From assembly GCA_007116075.1 (NCBI GenBank), contig SKJE01000011.1:1-48080 (forward strand): a DNA stretch of 48,080 nucleotides. The letters are read 5' to 3'. The position numbers and the translations under genes were made by a program. Position 1 is the stretch's first letter. Each line of letters begins with the position of its first letter. Below are positions 44,830 to 48,080 of the stretch, one piece after another. A model generated the notes under the pieces. It had not been told where the DNA came from. It did not search any database and saw only the letters and a list, made by a program, of their open reading frames with translations. The stretch comes from Spirochaetia bacterium (GTDB lineage: Bacteria > Spirochaetota > Spirochaetia > PWKH01).

Positions 44830-47800
44830 ATGCAGGAAGTACTTGCCTCATTCCGTGAAGCATGTACACAGTGTGATGAGCACACACTACAGGTTCCGGA
44901 CTCAGCCTTTGACTGTTCAGATCTTGATGCGGTCTGGGACAATCCCTTCTGTGAGCAGGTACTGCTGCCCTATCTTCTGGAGCGGCCGGATCATCCCCTC
45001 CAGCTGTTTCCTGAGGTGCCCTTCGGCAGTTCAGAAGAGACTGACCGACAGCTGTCGAGACTCTCTGATGTTGACCATCGTAAGTCTCGTCTCACTGGAA
45101 TTGGACATCTTTCCGCAGGGTATCCCCTCTTCGCCGGCACCTTGCCCGACGGCAGCCATCTGTGCGCCCCGGTCTTTCTCTTCCCCCTCACCCTTACCCA
45201 TGAGACCCTGGACAGCGGGCTGCCTGGATGGAGCTTGAGTCACCGCTGCAGGTCCCATGTGCAGGTAAATTACAGCTTGGTTAAGGCCTTTGAACAGCAC
45301 TATGGGCTGCATTCTTCGGAGCTTGATGAACTGTTTTTTATCCCGCCCAGGCAGACAGGGGTGCTTGGGGTTATAGAGGCTGTCCAGAACCTGTTCCGCC
45401 AGCTTGATATCCCCCTGTTTCCTGATGTTACCATATCGAAGGGGATTCAACCGAGACAACCAGTATCGGAGCAGCAGGAGGGTTTCTGCATCCAGGCAAA
45501 CCTGATACTCGACACCTTTACCCACTTGCCTGCATTTCTTTATGACCAGTACAGTAAGATGATTGATGGATCGCTCTCCTCAAGCGCTGTTGTGCAGCTG
45601 CTTGGGAGGGAGGAGACCCACCACCCAAGTTCAGAGGAACTCAACGGGATGGATATAGATGAGAACAGATGCAGTTTTATCACATCTCTGGACAGTTCCC
45701 AGGAACGCGCTGTACAGGCTGTCACCTACGGGGGCAACCTGGCGATCCAGGGACCTCCCGGTTCAGGCATCACCCAGGTTCTGGTGAATATAGCATCGGA
45801 TGCGCTGGCCAGAGGGAAACGGGTGCTTATGGTATCTCCGGTCCGTGCAGATGTAATCTCCTTTCACCAGCGGCTGCAGGATAACGGATTGGGGTCCTGG
45901 TGCATGTCCACCACTGATCCCTGCCGGGACGGTGAGGAGATGCTGGAACGTATCAATGACCGCCTCAAGCATCCAGTCGAAGAGCATTTTGACGAAACCG
46001 AATCCGCTCGTCTGAAGACCCGGTTTCAGGAGCTGTCCCATGGAATAGATAAACAGCTTGCCAGGCTGGAGCAGGTCCTGGCTGTTATGGATCAGCCCGG
46101 GACTATGGGAATAGCTCTGGGCAGGCTGTATGCGATGGTTTCCGGGGACCCTTCCAGGGTGATTGAAGAACTCATGGAACTTCCGGGATCCTTAGGCTCC
46201 CTGGATGAACAGGAGCTTGAAGAGCTTACTGCACTGCTCCATAAACTGGCACCGGGGCTTCCTTCCTGCTGCCCCGATCATCTGCTCTTTGACCGGAGAT
46301 CCTTTTCCGGGGCCGACAGGGAGTCCAGGGACAGCTGGATCGGGTCGGTGGAAGCGGTGCGCCGCCAGGCAGAGCAATTCCTTGCAAAGGGAGACCCCTC
46401 ACTGAAGGCCTGGGCTCTGGAACATCTTGTCCGTAACCGTGGAGATGCCACTGATGATCCCTCCAGCAGGCTCAGCCGCCTGCTGGACCAGACACTGGCT
46501 GAACTGGAAAACTCCCGGCTCCTGGGACCGGAGGATGTCGGTGATCCGGAATTGCTTCGGGGGCTGCTTGATGCGGTTGGCAATTCCCATGCCTGGAAGG
46601 CCAGGTTCTGGAAAGGAATTGGTCGACTGAAGAAGCTGAAAGGAGGCGAGGGAATCTTTGCCTACAGCAGACGTATCCGATACACCCTGAACCTTCTGGA
46701 CCGACTGAAGGAGATAGAGGCCCTCAGCGGTATATCGATTGCGTATCAGCAGCCGCATGTACTCAAAGACGCGCTTGTTCAGCTGAAGGAGTCAGCTGAC
46801 GGGTACATACAACTGCTGGATGCGTATTCGCATCTTGAGGAGTTTCTGCTTCCCGAGCGGGTAGGTGAGCTGTTTGCCATGAATATATCCGGTTCAGGGT
46901 CTTCTGTCCTGGGTGTACTCTCATCCTTGCAGGACCATCTTGATGAACAGTTTGATGCAGTATCAGAAGCAGACCGGGTCCTGGAAGAGGTTCCTGAACA
47001 CTGGACAACAGCAATCAGCGCACTTCTCCGGCACTGCTCCTATGATATAGCCCAAGTCGTGCAGGAGGGAGGCAGCATACTCAAGAACACCGCATACCTG
47101 CTCCAGATACGGGAAATCGAGAGCCGACATCCCGAAGTCTCCGGAATCCCTGAAGAAATCGATGAATACATCAGTTCGGTGAACAACCAGATGGAGGAGA
47201 AACGGCTGCTTGTCCGGCGCCTGATTTCCCGCAGGTGGAATACCCGCATTGCCGATATGATGGATAAGAGCTGGCAGCCCGGCGAACTGGTCCATGATCT
47301 CCAGGATACGAAAACCAACCCCATAGCAGGCAGGTATGTGAAGCGGTACCTTACCGAAGGACTGCAGGAGTTCTTCCCCTGCTGGGCAATGGGGATTGAT
47401 GCTGCCCTGGAAATGCTTCCCTGCCTGCAGGCCTTTGACCTGGTGCTGGTGGATGGTGCTTCGCACCTGAGCGAGGCGGAACTGATTCCCCTGGTACTGA
47501 GGGGAGAGCATGCTGTCGTAGCCGGACATCCCAGCAGGATTGAGGACAACAACGCCCTTGACCTTGCGGCCGGGTGTTTTTCCGCCATGAACCTGGGCTG
47601 GCAGTATCGACAGCGATCCAGCCTGCTCAGTACATTTGCATCCAACCGATGGTACAGCGGAACCATGAAATTTATCCCTGTTCCCCAGGAACCGGAAACA
47701 CCGTTCAGGGTGATCCCTGTCGACGATGTATGCGAGTTTCTTTCAGGTCATCAGGGCGACTATGACGGAGTTATCGCTGCGAGCGAAGCCGTGCTCCCTG

Positions 47801-48080
47801 TGGAATCATCCCGGGCATACCTGCAGTGGGAACTTCCAGGTCTCAGCTGGAGTCGGGTACTGGCTGCTTTGGGTTCCTTTGAAGATATAAAATCCGGTGA
47901 TCATGGCGAAGAGCTGCTGTCAACTCTGGTATTCGCAGCCGAAAATTCTCTGGATCTTGTCGTGCCGCAGGAAGCATCACTTCATATGCATGAGGGACTG
48001 AAGGCTCTCTTGGCTTGTGCAGAGAATCCCTCTGGTTGTACGGATCAATCCGAGCTTCCCAAGATCATTGCACAGCTTGC
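44830..48080 (+). CDS. DUF4011 / SF1 (DNA2-NAM7-like) helicase-family protein with degenerate motifs; runs off the window end (alternative ATG 44824)
   Basis: Manual translation shows no stop from 44824 to 48080 (>1,080 codons); absent from the ORF track. Motifs GYPLF..CAPVFLFPLTL, LDSSQERAV, IQGPPGSGITQ, GKRVLMVS, FPCWAM, FDLVLVDGASH, WQYR..FASNRWYSG. Confidence 0.8.
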   Translation, partial: MQEVLASFREACTQCDEHTLQVPDSAFDCSDLDAVWDNPFCEQVLLPYLLERPDHPLQLFPEVPFGSSEETDRQLSRLSDVDHRKSRLTGIGHLSAGYPLFAGTLPDGSHLCAPVFLFPLTLTHETLDSGLPGWSLSHRCRSHVQVNYSLVKAFEQHYGLHSSELDELFFIPPRQTGVLGVIEAVQNLFRQLDIPLFPDVTISKGIQPRQPVSEQQEGFCIQANLILDTFTHLPAFLYDQYSKMIDGSLSSSAVVQLLGREETHHPSSEELNGMDIDENRCSFITSLDSSQERAVQAVTYGGNLAIQGPPGSGITQVLVNIASDALARGKRVLMVSPVRADVISFHQRLQDNGLGSWCMSTTDPCRDGEEMLERINDRLKHPVEEHFDETESARLKTRFQELSHGIDKQLARLEQVLAVMDQPGTMGIALGRLYAMVSGDPSRVIEELMELPGSLGSLDEQELEELTALLHKLAPGLPSCCPDHLLFDRRSFSGADRESRDSWIGSVEAVRRQAEQFLAKGDPSLKAWALEHLVRNRGDATDDPSSRLSRLLDQTLAELENSRLLGPEDVGDPELLRGLLDAVGNSHAWKARFWKGIGRLKKLKGGEGIFAYSRRIRYTLNLLDRLKEIEALSGISIAYQQPHVLKDALVQLKESADGYIQLLDAYSHLEEFLLPERVGELFAMNISGSGSSVLGVLSSLQDHLDEQFDAVSEADRVLEEVPEHWTTAISALLRHCSYDIAQVVQEGGSILKNTAYLLQIREIESRHPEVSGIPEEIDEYISSVNNQMEEKRLLVRRLISRRWNTRIADMMDKSWQPGELVHDLQDTKTNPIAGRYVKRYLTEGLQEFFPCWAMGIDAALEMLPCLQAFDLVLVDGASHLSEAELIPLVLRGEHAVVAGHPSRIEDNNALDLAAGCFSAMNLGWQYRQRSSLLSTFASNRWYSGTMKFIPVPQEPETPFRVIPVDDVCEFLSGHQGDYDGVIAASEAVLPVESSRAYLQWELPGLSWSRVLAALGSFEDIKSGDHGEELLSTLVFAAENSLDLVVPQEASLHMHEGLKALLACAENPSGCTDQSELPKIIAQL

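Noticed and set aside
237-47765. Many antisense and alternate-frame ORFs in the track (e.g. 5800-6546, 7975-8583, 11360-12097, 22653-23378, 31135-31917, 46963-47666)
   Set aside because: They shadow well-supported genes and have no recognisable motifs, as expected at this GC content.
1-48080. CRISPR arrays, rRNA, tRNA, transposases, integrases, prophage genes
   Set aside because: No regularly spaced repeats, RNA-gene signatures or recombinase motifs were recognised by eye; most intergenic spaces are short.

Overview
A gene-dense window of about 40 genes from an anaerobic bacterium; gene content and lipoprotein style suggest Spirochaetia (inference). In order: the end of clpP; a SorC/DeoR-type regulator fused to a TPP-dependent E1-alpha, followed by E1-beta; ridA; an EEP nuclease lipoprotein; rex divergent from a tetrameric Hnd/HydABC-type [FeFe]-hydrogenase operon; PIN-PhoH, an HcpR-like Crp/Fnr regulator and an Fe-S protein. 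Next comes a Moco-riboswitch-like leader controlling an operon of a sugar-type ABC binding protein, a secreted sulfite-oxidase-fold-like protein and a fused permease. The rest holds envelope, phosphate and ion-transport genes, a nitrilase-MFS-oxidoreductase operon, a Fic islet, ferredoxin, pyk, and two P-loop proteins with eroded catalytic motifs. One of these is a >1,080-aa DUF4011/SF1-helicase-like ORF missing from the supplied ORF track. Best candidate for an undescribed system: the Moco-riboswitch-controlled CUT1-type ABC operon (13.9-18.1 kb), possibly a molybdenum/tungsten-cofactor scavenging importer. Other highlights are the regulator-enzyme fusion, a 20-nt exact copy of the rex start region in the hydrogenase promoter (possible antisense), several apparently leaderless genes, and the pseudo-helicase. 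I found no rRNA, tRNA, CRISPR array or transposase. All family calls come from reading motifs by eye, not from database searches.
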